Translations under genes and position numbers: made by a program
The notes under the pieces: model-generated
Told to the model about the DNA's origin: nothing
Database searches by the model: none
The model's input: the letters and a program-made list of their open reading frames with translations, nothing else
In this document: piece after piece, positions 11,864-19,825 of the stretch
Numbering within the stretch: the first letter of the stretch is position 1
Layout of the letters: the number at the start of each line of letters is the position of its first letter
From: an uncultured delta proteobacterium
GTDB taxonomy: Bacteria > Desulfobacterota > Binatia > Binatales > Binataceae
Assembly (NCBI GenBank): GCA_963842085.1
Contig: CAWJET010000001.1
Span: 2,784,001-2,848,000, forward strand
DNA length: 64,000 nt
Reading direction: 5' to 3'

Positions 11864-12098
11864 CCCCTAACCCCTTCCCATAGGGGGAAGGGGAACCAGA
11901 GGCGGAATCGCGGACGATGCGTGCATCCTAACCCCTAGCCCCTTCCCGAAAACGGGAAGGGGGACAAGAACAAGACGCGGAGGCGGAATCTTGAATCGCG
12001 CGCGAGAGAAGTCGCGCGCTGAATAAGGACCCTCACCTTCGATCCTCTCCCTTGGAGGGAGAGGGGAACGATTCGCCGCGCGGCGGCTCTGAATGACA
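11864..12098. repeat. Cluster of palindromic REP/BoxC-like elements between convergent genes
   Basis: Two CCCCTTCCC...GGGAAGGGG hairpins, CCCTCACCTTCGATCCTCTCCCTTGGAGGGAGAGG, and a TGTCAT element. Segment 11972-12068 recurs at 43301-43396. Confidence 0.8.
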
Positions 12099-12105
12099 AA
12101 GGGAA

Positions 12106-13365
12106 CTACGAGGCGGAGGCGGCGGCAATCTGGTAGCGCGTGCGGCCGGGACCCGTCTCCGGCAGGAAGTACATCGTCACGATCGGCAGGAACTGGAAAA
12201 CCAGGAAGCCGAGCATCACGGTCCGCAGCCCGATATGCGCCGCGAGCGCGCCGCCCAGGAACGGCGAGATGAACGCGCCGAAGTAGCCGATCGCCCATAC
12301 GAAGCCCATTGCGGCGCCTACGCGCGTCGGATTCATGCCCGGCAATTCCATCAACAGCGTAGTGATCGCGGCGAGCGAGCCCGCCGCCCCGATCCCGACC
12401 AGCACCAGCGACAGCCTGATCCATATCGGATCGGGCAGCGTAATCGCGCCGGCGCATCCGAACAGCGTTGCGAACGCGATCGGCCACGTGAACGGCTTGC
12501 GCAGTCCCGACATCCCCGTGCCGATTCCGCCGCCCAACGCCGCGAACAGGCCGGTGAACGGCAGCACCTGCGTCATCAGCGACGCTTCCGACAGCGACAT
12601 GCCGCGGTAAGTGCGGAAGAACTCGGGGAGAAACGCGGTGTAAATCTGGAACACCCACATCCCGCCGAACAGCCCCGCCGCGATCAACAGCACGTTGCGC
12701 ATCTTTGCGACTTCCATCAGCGCCGACCCGCGCTCGGCCGGCGCTTCGATTGGGCCGGGCGTGGGCGGGGGCACGCTGTATCGGCCCTGATGCTCGCGGC
12801 CGAAGAGCGTCCACAGCAGCGCGACTCCCGCCGACCCGACGCCGTACCACATCAGAGTCATCCGCCACGACCCGACCGCGGCGAACAGCGCCGGCGTCGC
12901 GCGGAACACGAGCGTAAGTCCCACGTAGCCGAACGAGAAGTTGACCATGTTGATGTACGGCCATTCGCCTTCGCCGAACCATTGCATTACGAGTGTGCCT
13001 GGCGGCGCGATCACGAGTCCGTAGCCGACTCCCTCCAGCACGCGGCACGCGAGTAGCGCAGCGAAATTCGGCGCGTAGCCGCTGGCGAGCTGTCCGATCG
13101 CCATCAGCCAGATTCCAATGATCAACGCGCGCAGCGCCCCGATCCGCTCGGCAACCACGGCGCCCAGCAGTGAGAAGATGCCGATGCAGAGCGCGATGAT
13201 CGAGATGATCAGGCCGGCACTACTGAGCGAGATTCCGAGCCCGTTCTTTATTTCCTGGAGTATGGGCGCCGGCGCGAGCCAGGCGAACGACTGCGCCGTC
13301 AGCAACAGCAGCAGCAGGACCTCGACAATCCATCGGTAGGACGAGAGTTTGCTCGCTTGGCTCAT
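12106..13365 (-). CDS. MFS transporter (CynX-like)
   Basis: About 12 TM segments; VAERIG motif A, CRVLEGVG, QWFGEGE. Confidence 0.88.
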   Translation of the reverse strand: MSQASKLSSYRWIVEVLLLLLLTAQSFAWLAPAPILQEIKNGLGISLSSAGLIISIIALCIGIFSLLGAVVAERIGALRALIIGIWLMAIGQLASGYAPNFAALLACRVLEGVGYGLVIAPPGTLVMQWFGEGEWPYINMVNFSFGYVGLTLVFRATPALFAAVGSWRMTLMWYGVGSAGVALLWTLFGREHQGRYSVPPPTPGPIEAPAERGSALMEVAKMRNVLLIAAGLFGGMWVFQIYTAFLPEFFRTYRGMSLSEASLMTQVLPFTGLFAALGGGIGTGMSGLRKPFTWPIAFATLFGCAGAITLPDPIWIRLSLVLVGIGAAGSLAAITTLLMELPGMNPTRVGAAMGFVWAIGYFGAFISPFLGGALAAHIGLRTVMLGFLVFQFLPIVTMYFLPETGPGRTRYQIAAASAS

Positions 13366-13455
13366 CGACGAATCACGCTTCTGCTCCTCTCACCGTATAT
13401 CCCGACTCGCGACCACCGCGCCAACGGAAACCCGGGTCGCATCGCGCGCGAGATT

Positions 13456-14748
13456 TCAAATCCTCTGATCGCCGCTCGCCCATCGCAGGTAGAAAAACAT
13501 CCCGACGGCATAGACGGCCGCTATCAGGAAGAAGACCGCGCTGAAGGACTTCGTCGCCTGCACGATCAACCCCGCGGCCGCGACGCCGATGATGCCGGGG
13601 AGGGTCGCGAAGGTGTTCGAGATTCCCATCAGGATTCCGGCATAAGTCGGGGCGACGTCAAGATGATTCACTCCGAAGGCGGCGGAGCCGATGCCATTGG
13701 ACGAGGCCGCCACTGTCAGCAGTGCCACCGCCATCGCCGCCGAACCCGCTGCGGGCACGACCAGCAGCGAGATCGCGCCGAGCGCAAATGCCGCGCTCTG
13801 CATCGACTTGCGCACGGTGCCGACCGCGAGGCCGCTCTCGATAAGGGTATCCGCCAGCCAGCCCGAGAAAGTTATCGTGAAGAACGTCACGATCCACGGA
13901 ATGATCGAGAACACGCCGACGCGTTCCAGCGGCACGCTGAAGGTGTGATGCAGGTAGGTCGGCATCCAGAGCAGCAGGATGTTGAATCCGAAGTTGCTGC
14001 AGAAATGCGCGACGACGATCGCCCATACCGCTTTCTCTCGCGCGATTGCCGCCCACGGCACCCGGAGCGCGCGCGGCTCGGCCGTGCGCAACGACACGAT
14101 CAATTCGAGTTCGGCGGCGCTGACGCGGGTCGAGGTCTCGGGCCGGTCGGCGGCCAGATACAGCCAGACCGCGACCCACACCGCGCCGAGCGCGCCTGAA
14201 ATGTAGAACAACGCGGGCCATCCGAATGCCTTGATAATCGCCGGGCTCGCGCCGAGCGCCGCGACCGTGCCCACGTACATCCCGCTGTAGTTCACCGACA
14301 ACACGCGCGCGCGCTCGGACGGCAGCGTCCAGCGCGAAGTCAGGCTGTGAATCGATGGGAAGTTCACGCCCTCGCCCAGCCCGAGCAGCACGCGAGCGGC
14401 GAGCAGCGCGGAAAACGTCGCGGCGGCGGCGAGCGGGGTGACGAAGGTTGCCAGCGACCAGATCGCGACGCCGCCCGCCAGCACGCGATGGCCACCGAAT
14501 CGATCGGCCATCCATCCGCCGACGAGCTGCGTCCACAGGTATCCCCAGAACACCGCCGACAGCACCAGTCCCTGCGCGGCGGAGTCGTAGCCGAATTGGC
14601 GGGCGAGCGGGATTATCGCGACCGAGATGCTGATGCGGTCGATGTAGCAAAGCGCGGTGCCGAGAAAGAACAGCGCAACGACCGTGTAGCGTTGCGGCCA
14701 TCGCGAAATTCCTGAGGCGGCATCGCGCGCTGGTGCGGGCTCGCCCAT
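13456..14748 (-). CDS. MFS transporter, anion:cation symporter (ACS/SLC17-like)
   Basis: CYIDRISISVAI, GGWMADRFGG, RVLLGLGEG, NHLDVAPTYAGILMGISNT. Start moved to ATG 14748. Confidence 0.9.
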   Translation of the reverse strand: MGEPAPARDAASGISRWPQRYTVVALFFLGTALCYIDRISISVAIIPLARQFGYDSAAQGLVLSAVFWGYLWTQLVGGWMADRFGGHRVLAGGVAIWSLATFVTPLAAAATFSALLAARVLLGLGEGVNFPSIHSLTSRWTLPSERARVLSVNYSGMYVGTVAALGASPAIIKAFGWPALFYISGALGAVWVAVWLYLAADRPETSTRVSAAELELIVSLRTAEPRALRVPWAAIAREKAVWAIVVAHFCSNFGFNILLLWMPTYLHHTFSVPLERVGVFSIIPWIVTFFTITFSGWLADTLIESGLAVGTVRKSMQSAAFALGAISLLVVPAAGSAAMAVALLTVAASSNGIGSAAFGVNHLDVAPTYAGILMGISNTFATLPGIIGVAAAGLIVQATKSFSAVFFLIAAVYAVGMFFYLRWASGDQRI

Positions 14749-14812
14749 GATGCGGTGGAGCTTAGGCTCGGCGATGTAACGTTGACCAGACCGGCCATTT
14801 GGAAAGCGCAAC

Positions 14813-14845
14813 AAAAAGACGCGGGAGGCAATCCTCCCGCGTCTT
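14813..14845 (-). terminator. Intrinsic terminator after the XRE gene
   Basis: 13-bp stem AAGACGCGGGAGG/CCTCCCGCGTCTT with a 4-nt loop and a U-tract on the minus strand. Confidence 0.8.
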
Positions 14846-14875
14846 CAAGAAAGCAGGTGCGTTTGCGGATGCTTC

Positions 14876-15304
14876 CTATCTTCCGACTGCGTGGCGCACG
14901 GTATTCAGGATGTAGATGAAATCGCGCGTTGAACGCACGTCGCCGAGCAGCGCGACTCGCGAAAGCATCTCCATCTCGTCGTTCGTGATGTTGTGAACGC
15001 GCCGCAGTTGCTCGTTCTTCCTGAAATCATCCCAGGCCGAATCGGGCGCCGCCGCAACTTCGGGATTCAGCAGCGCCTGCGCGCGAGGATTGGCGAGGAA
15101 AAACAGTTGGCGGCTATCGAGTCCAAGCACTTCCCCCAGGCGCGTCACAATCTTGTCGGAAGGATGGCGTTTACCTGATTCCAGGTGGCCGACGTAGGGC
15201 GTGGAGGTCTTGATGCGACGGGCCACTTCCTCCTGGGTGAGGTCGAGTTGCCGTCTGCGCTCGCGAATAACGTGTCCGAAAGTCCGTTCCTTGATGCGTG
15301 CCAT
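14876..15304 (-). CDS. XRE-family HTH transcriptional regulator
   Basis: FGHVIRERRRQLDLTQEEVA...YVGHLESGKRHPS. GGAAGAGGA RBS. Confidence 0.92.
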   Translation of the reverse strand: MARIKERTFGHVIRERRRQLDLTQEEVARRIKTSTPYVGHLESGKRHPSDKIVTRLGEVLGLDSRQLFFLANPRAQALLNPEVAAAPDSAWDDFRKNEQLRRVHNITNDEMEMLSRVALLGDVRSTRDFIYILNTVRHAVGR

Positions 15305-15529
15305 TGATCCTCTTCCCCTTGTTTTGTGCCGAGTTCATGCGGCGATGCGACCGCACGTCACCAAAATGATATTATTCGACACTTACAGTTAGTACCATCA
15401 AAACAACTTAAAGGCAACCATACTGCCGGTGGATTTGTCGCGACGCCTTCAACCGCGCCAAACATACGCCGACTCATTATCCTACAAACTGTGTAGACTT
15501 AACGACTTTCGAAATATTCAATGAAAAGC

Positions 15530-15550
15530 AACTTATTTTGTAAATAAGTT
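15530..15550. promoter_or_regulatory. Perfect AT-rich inverted repeat, candidate operator
   Basis: AACTTATTT-TGT-AAATAAGTT in the AT-rich region upstream of the XRE gene. Confidence 0.5.
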
Positions 15551-15579
15551 ATATTCAGGCCAAGGAGGGGTGGTTCCGG

Positions 15580-15933
15580 TCAATTTCCGTAGGGATTTCG
15601 ACCGTGATTGAGATAAATGGAAAAATCCGCGACGCCAAGGTCGGGACGCGGTGAACTTCTGAAATGAGTGACGGCGCCGCCACGGAGGCCGTCTATCGAT
15701 ACGACATCCTTACCGCTGGCGCGCCCGTCGCGGTCGAAATAATGGATCTCCACCTGGAAAGGGCCGGTGTCGTTGCCCGTGTTGCGAACCTCGCCTTCGA
15801 CCGACACCTGGCCGCCGCTTCGCACCATGCGAGTATCGGCCACCTTCACCGGTTCTGTGCTGACGAGCGAGTAGAATACGTAGCCCGCGAAGCATAGCCC
15901 GCCGAGCAGAACGATGAGCGCGCCTTTACGCAT
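15580..15933 (-). CDS. FxLYD-like exported/membrane-anchored protein
   Basis: N-terminal TM; VEGEVRNTG...VEIHYFDRDG. Confidence 0.7.
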   Translation of the reverse strand: MRKGALIVLLGGLCFAGYVFYSLVSTEPVKVADTRMVRSGGQVSVEGEVRNTGNDTGPFQVEIHYFDRDGRASGKDVVSIDGLRGGAVTHFRSSPRPDLGVADFSIYLNHGRNPYGN

Positions 15934-16115
15934 GGGGAGGCTGGTACGACCGTGGCAGGCCTGGGACGTTCACCTGCCGGACGATTTCGTCATGTGCTTC
16001 GGTCAATTCAAAATTCATATTCAACCCATCTCAGAATGAAGTGTTGACGCGTTCTGCGCGAGGCACCGACGCGTGCTTGACGAACCAACTTCCATCTGGT
16101 TAATCACGCGGCAAA

Positions 16116-16132
16116 TGCATCATATACGGGCA
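16116..16132. promoter_or_regulatory. Possible NtrC-type binding site
   Basis: TGCATCATATACGGGCA, 17 bp, resembles TGCA-N9-TGCA. Upstream of porin-glnA. Confidence 0.3.
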
Positions 16133-16311
16133 TCACCAATGGTTATCACAGGTCGAAATTCCTTGCGAACACAAGGGATTTTCGACGCGGCTCAATTATT
16201 ACTCCGGTATGAATCTTGTTACCAAGCCAGCCGGTTTTCACAACCGCAGCCCGCTACGTGTGGGCGCAGGAAGCCGCGACCTAGCGTCGCGCATCTCGGA
16301 GGGAGGAGATA

Positions 16312-17766
16312 GTGAACAGAAGGAGAACGACCCGGGGCGTTGCCTGGATTCACCTGGTTGCCGGCGTCGCAGTGATTGGATTGCTGTGCAATGTTGCCTG
16401 GGCGGCAGATCCGGCAGATCCAGCGACGACGAGGAGACATCACCACCACGTGGTCACCACGACCACAACCACTACTGCCATCGGCCCCAGCGAGGAGCAG
16501 CGGCTTAACGCGCTGTCTGGCCAGGTGAGCAATCTGCAGAAGCAGTCCGACGACACAACCAGCGAGGTCAAAAAGATAGAGGCGGCGATGACGGTCACGG
16601 TGCCGGCACAGGCCGATGCGAAGCCGGCGACGATTGGCGAGCACGTAGGCCTGGTCGAAAAGGACGTCGGCGATATCAAGAAGAATCTGTCGGACAACCT
16701 TGGTATCAGCGTCCACGCCATGGTTGATGCGGGCTACGAGCATAACTTCAATCAGCCGGTCAACAACATCAATGCCATTCGCGTCTTCGACGAGGATGGA
16801 TTCCAGCTCACGCAGGGCAACCTGCACATCGAGCGCGATGGAACCGTTGGATTCGTGACCGACCTCAACTTCGGCCAGGTTGCGAACACGCTTTCGGGCG
16901 CCACTCGCTACTCGAACATCAACCACGTCGGCCCGGAATGGTTCGATCCGACGCAGTACTATCTGACCTATACCGCGCCGGTCGGTTCGGGCATCAGCTT
17001 CCAGGCGGGCCGCTTCGTGACGTTGCTGGGCGCAGAAACGATCAACACCTACAACAATCTGAACTTCAACGAAACCAAGAGCATCCTCTTCGGCTATGCG
17101 ATCCCATTCACGCACACCGGAGTCCGGGCATCGTACACCTTCAACGACTACGTTGCGTTCACCGGTGGGCTGAACAACGGATGGGACAATCCCGCCAGCG
17201 CCAACAATGGCGGTCCCAACTATGAAGGCGAGTTGGCGCTCAACAACAAGGACAAGTCGATCAGCCTGCTGATCAACGGCATCTGGGGTCCGAATCTGGT
17301 GAATCCGACGACCGGGTTGGGCCAGGGCAACTCGAATCTCGGCGCGATCAATCCGGTCTGGACCTGGAAGCCGTCGTTCGTGCCCAATCTGACGCTTCAG
17401 GGTGATTATGTGTACGGAACCCAAAGCGGGCCGGTAGTCAACGGGCATAGCGGCTCGTGGAGCGGCTATGCGCAGTACCTGGTGTACGATTGGACGCCCT
17501 CGATCGAGACGGCGACGCGCGGCGAAGTCTTCGACGACAAGGACGGATCGCGCACCGGAACTGCCCAGACGCTGTGGGAAATTACCCAGACGCTGTCCTA
17601 CAAGATACCCGAAGTGACGGGGCTGCTCGCCCGGCTGGAGTACCGGCATGACAATTCCAGCCAGAACTATTTCTTCAACAACAATTTCATCGACCCGACG
17701 ACCGGCGCGCAGCATCTGTGGCACGGCCAGGACACTTTGAGCGCGAACGTAATTTACGCCTTCTAA
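16312..17766 (+). CDS. Outer-membrane beta-barrel protein (DUF1597/BBP2-type porin)
   Basis: Signal peptide ending AWA-A, coiled coil, GRFVTLLGAE, YAIPFTHTGVR, RLEYRHD, terminal Phe (VIYAF). GGAGGAG RBS. Confidence 0.85.
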   Translation: MNRRRTTRGVAWIHLVAGVAVIGLLCNVAWAADPADPATTRRHHHHVVTTTTTTTAIGPSEEQRLNALSGQVSNLQKQSDDTTSEVKKIEAAMTVTVPAQADAKPATIGEHVGLVEKDVGDIKKNLSDNLGISVHAMVDAGYEHNFNQPVNNINAIRVFDEDGFQLTQGNLHIERDGTVGFVTDLNFGQVANTLSGATRYSNINHVGPEWFDPTQYYLTYTAPVGSGISFQAGRFVTLLGAETINTYNNLNFNETKSILFGYAIPFTHTGVRASYTFNDYVAFTGGLNNGWDNPASANNGGPNYEGELALNNKDKSISLLINGIWGPNLVNPTTGLGQGNSNLGAINPVWTWKPSFVPNLTLQGDYVYGTQSGPVVNGHSGSWSGYAQYLVYDWTPSIETATRGEVFDDKDGSRTGTAQTLWEITQTLSYKIPEVTGLLARLEYRHDNSSQNYFFNNNFIDPTTGAQHLWHGQDTLSANVIYAF

Positions 17767-17810
17767 CGCTCGGCAGAGGAGTTAACGAGTCAGTCGCGCA
17801 GCGATGCGCC

Positions 17811-17851
17811 AAGCGGCGGGTCCGAAGCAGCGGACCCGCCGCTTCTCTTTT
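17811..17851 (+). terminator. Intrinsic terminator after the porin gene
   Basis: 14-bp stem AAGCGGCGGGTCCG/CGGACCCGCCGCTT followed by CTCTTTT. Confidence 0.8.
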
Positions 17852-17941
17852 GATAACGCTGCCCTGGCTCGACCGGGTCTTCAGGCGCCTGCGCACGCGA
17901 ATGTCGCGACCCCTTTGGAGTGCCGATGGGTATGGTCGTGC

Positions 17942-17958
17942 TAGGCATTTGTTTTGCT
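17942..17958 (+). promoter_or_regulatory. Putative sigma-54 promoter of glnA
   Basis: TAGGCATTTGTTTTGCT has GG(17944-45)-N10-GC(17956-57), followed by an AT-rich tract. glnA is a classical sigma-54 target. Confidence 0.6.
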
Positions 17959-18186
17959 GTAATAAAAATTTATGGGCTGATTCAGGGAAAAAATAAGCCC
18001 CGTTGCACCGGATCATTAACCGAGCCGCAAGTCTTTGTGCAGGGAAAGCTGCTTGAATATGCGTCAAATGCCCGTTGGATGGGCGTTGCGTTATCGGGGC
18101 TTTCATGACAGAAAACGGGATTCAGGGATCGATTAACCACTACGAATACGCCGCCCCGTTAAGCGGCCAGGAGGGTTACGGGTTCG

Positions 18187-19614
18187 ATGACGCCTAAACA
18201 AGTTCTCCAAATGATCAAGGACAAGGGCGTGGTGATGGTCGATATCAAGTTCATCGACCTGCTCGGCACGTGGCAGCATTTCACTGCCCCGATTTCCGAG
18301 TTCAAGGATGAAGCGCCGTTCGATGAGGGCCTCGGCTTCGACGGCTCGTCGATTCGCGGCTGGCAGGCGATCGACAACAGCGACATGCTGGTGATCCCCG
18401 ATCCGGAGACGGCAGTTATGGATCCTTTCACCAAGGATCCCACGCTGAGCATGATCGCCAACATCTCCGATCCTATTACACGCGCCGACTATACGCGCGA
18501 CCCGCGCAACATCTCGCGCAAGGCCGAGGCGTACTTGAAGACCACTGGTATCGGCGACTCGGCATTCTTCGGCCCCGAGCCGGAGTTTTTCATCTTCGAC
18601 TCGCTGCGCTACGACACGACGCAGAATTCGAGCTACTACTACATTGATTCGAACGAAGGTAACTGGAACAGCGGGCGCGAGGGCGCGGTCAAGGAAGGCG
18701 CGAATCTCGGTTTCAAAGTCAAGAACAAGGCCGGCTACTTCCCGGTCCCGCCGGTGGACACCCTGCAGGACATCCGCACCGAGATGGTGCTCGAGATGGA
18801 GCGGGTAGGGATCCGGGTCGAGAAACAGCATCACGAAGTTGCCACCGCCGGCCAGGCTGAAATCGACATGCGCTTTCAGACGCTGACCAGGATGGCCGAC
18901 TGGCTGACCTGGTACAAATACATCGTCAAGAACGTCGCGGTGCGTCACGGGATGACGGCGACCTTCATGCCCAAGCCGATCTTCGGCGACAACGGCACCG
19001 GCATGCACACCCATCAGAGCATCTGGAAGGGCGAGACGCCGCTGTTCGCGGGCAACGGCTACGCCGGGATGTCGGAAACGGCGATGCACTACATCGCGGG
19101 CATCCTGCATCACGCGCCGACGATCGCGGCGTTTACCAATCCGGGGACGAACTCGTACCGCCGGCTGGTGCCGGGGTTCGAGGCGCCGATCAACCTGGCA
19201 TACTCGTCGCGCAACCGCTCGGCGTCGGTGCGAATCCCGATGTATTCGCCGTCGCCAAAGGCCAAGCGAATCGAAGTGCGGTTCCCCGACCCGACCTGCA
19301 ATCCGTACCTCGCGTTCTCGGCGATGCTGATGGCGGGAATCGACGGAATTCAGCGCCGGCTCGATCCGGGCCAGCCGCTCGACAAGGACATCTACGCACT
19401 CACGCCGGCCGAGCTGGCCGAGGTGCCGAGCATGCCCGCGTCGCTCGAGGAATCACTGGGCAACCTCAAGAAGGATCACGAGTTCCTGCTGAAGGGCGAC
19501 GTGTTCACGGAGGACCTGATCGAGACGTGGATTGAGTACAAGATGGCGAACGAAGTCAGCGCGATTCGGTTGCGGCCCCATCCGTACGAATTCGCGCTCT
19601 ATTACGACGCGTAA
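18187..19614 (+). CDS. glnA: Glutamine synthetase type I-beta
   Basis: [49 protein letters not shown], adenylylation Tyr in DKDIYAL. Confidence 0.99.
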   Translation: MTPKQVLQMIKDKGVVMVDIKFIDLLGTWQHFTAPISEFKDEAPFDEGLGFDGSSIRGWQAIDNSDMLVIPDPETAVMDPFTKDPTLSMIANISDPITRADYTRDPRNISRKAEAYLKTTGIGDSAFFGPEPEFFIFDSLRYDTTQNSSYYYIDSNEGNWNSGREGAVKEGANLGFKVKNKAGYFPVPPVDTLQDIRTEMVLEMERVGIRVEKQHHEVATAGQAEIDMRFQTLTRMADWLTWYKYIVKNVAVRHGMTATFMPKPIFGDNGTGMHTHQSIWKGETPLFAGNGYAGMSETAMHYIAGILHHAPTIAAFTNPGTNSYRRLVPGFEAPINLAYSSRNRSASVRIPMYSPSPKAKRIEVRFPDPTCNPYLAFSAMLMAGIDGIQRRLDPGQPLDKDIYALTPAELAEVPSMPASLEESLGNLKKDHEFLLKGDVFTEDLIETWIEYKMANEVSAIRLRPHPYEFALYYDA

Positions 19615-19640
19615 GCACACCACTGCGCGCCGACAAAACG

Positions 19641-19673
19641 AAGTGGCGGGCCAAATGGCCCGCCGCTTTTTTT
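19641..19673 (+). terminator. Intrinsic terminator after glnA
   Basis: AAGTGGCGGGCC-AAAT-GGCCCGCCGCTT followed by a T run. Confidence 0.85.
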
Positions 19674-19705
19674 CTGTCTCGGACAGAATTGCCGGCGTGA
19701 TGCTT

Positions 19706-19751
19706 TGTCATCCTGACGAAGCGAGCGAACGCGAGCGGCAGGAAGGATCTC
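19706..19751 (+). repeat. TGTCAT-type REP-like element
   Basis: TGTCATCCTGA...GAAGGATCTC; same architecture as the copies at 10629 and 12070. Confidence 0.55.
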
Positions 19752-19825
19752 GGACAGCTGCGCGTAAGCGCAGCCGGTACCGGTTTTGAAATCGCGAAGC
19801 GGTCCTTACGACGCCGTGACCGGGC

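Noticed and set aside
11864-12098. Hairpin cluster as a tRNA, known ncRNA or IS
   Set aside because: No cloverleaf, T-loop or CCA, and no transposase or terminal repeats with a target duplication. Kept only as REP-like repeats.
16185-16222. Sigma-54-like motifs upstream of the porin (GG-N10-AC and GG-N10-GT)
   Set aside because: Both lack the -12 GC.
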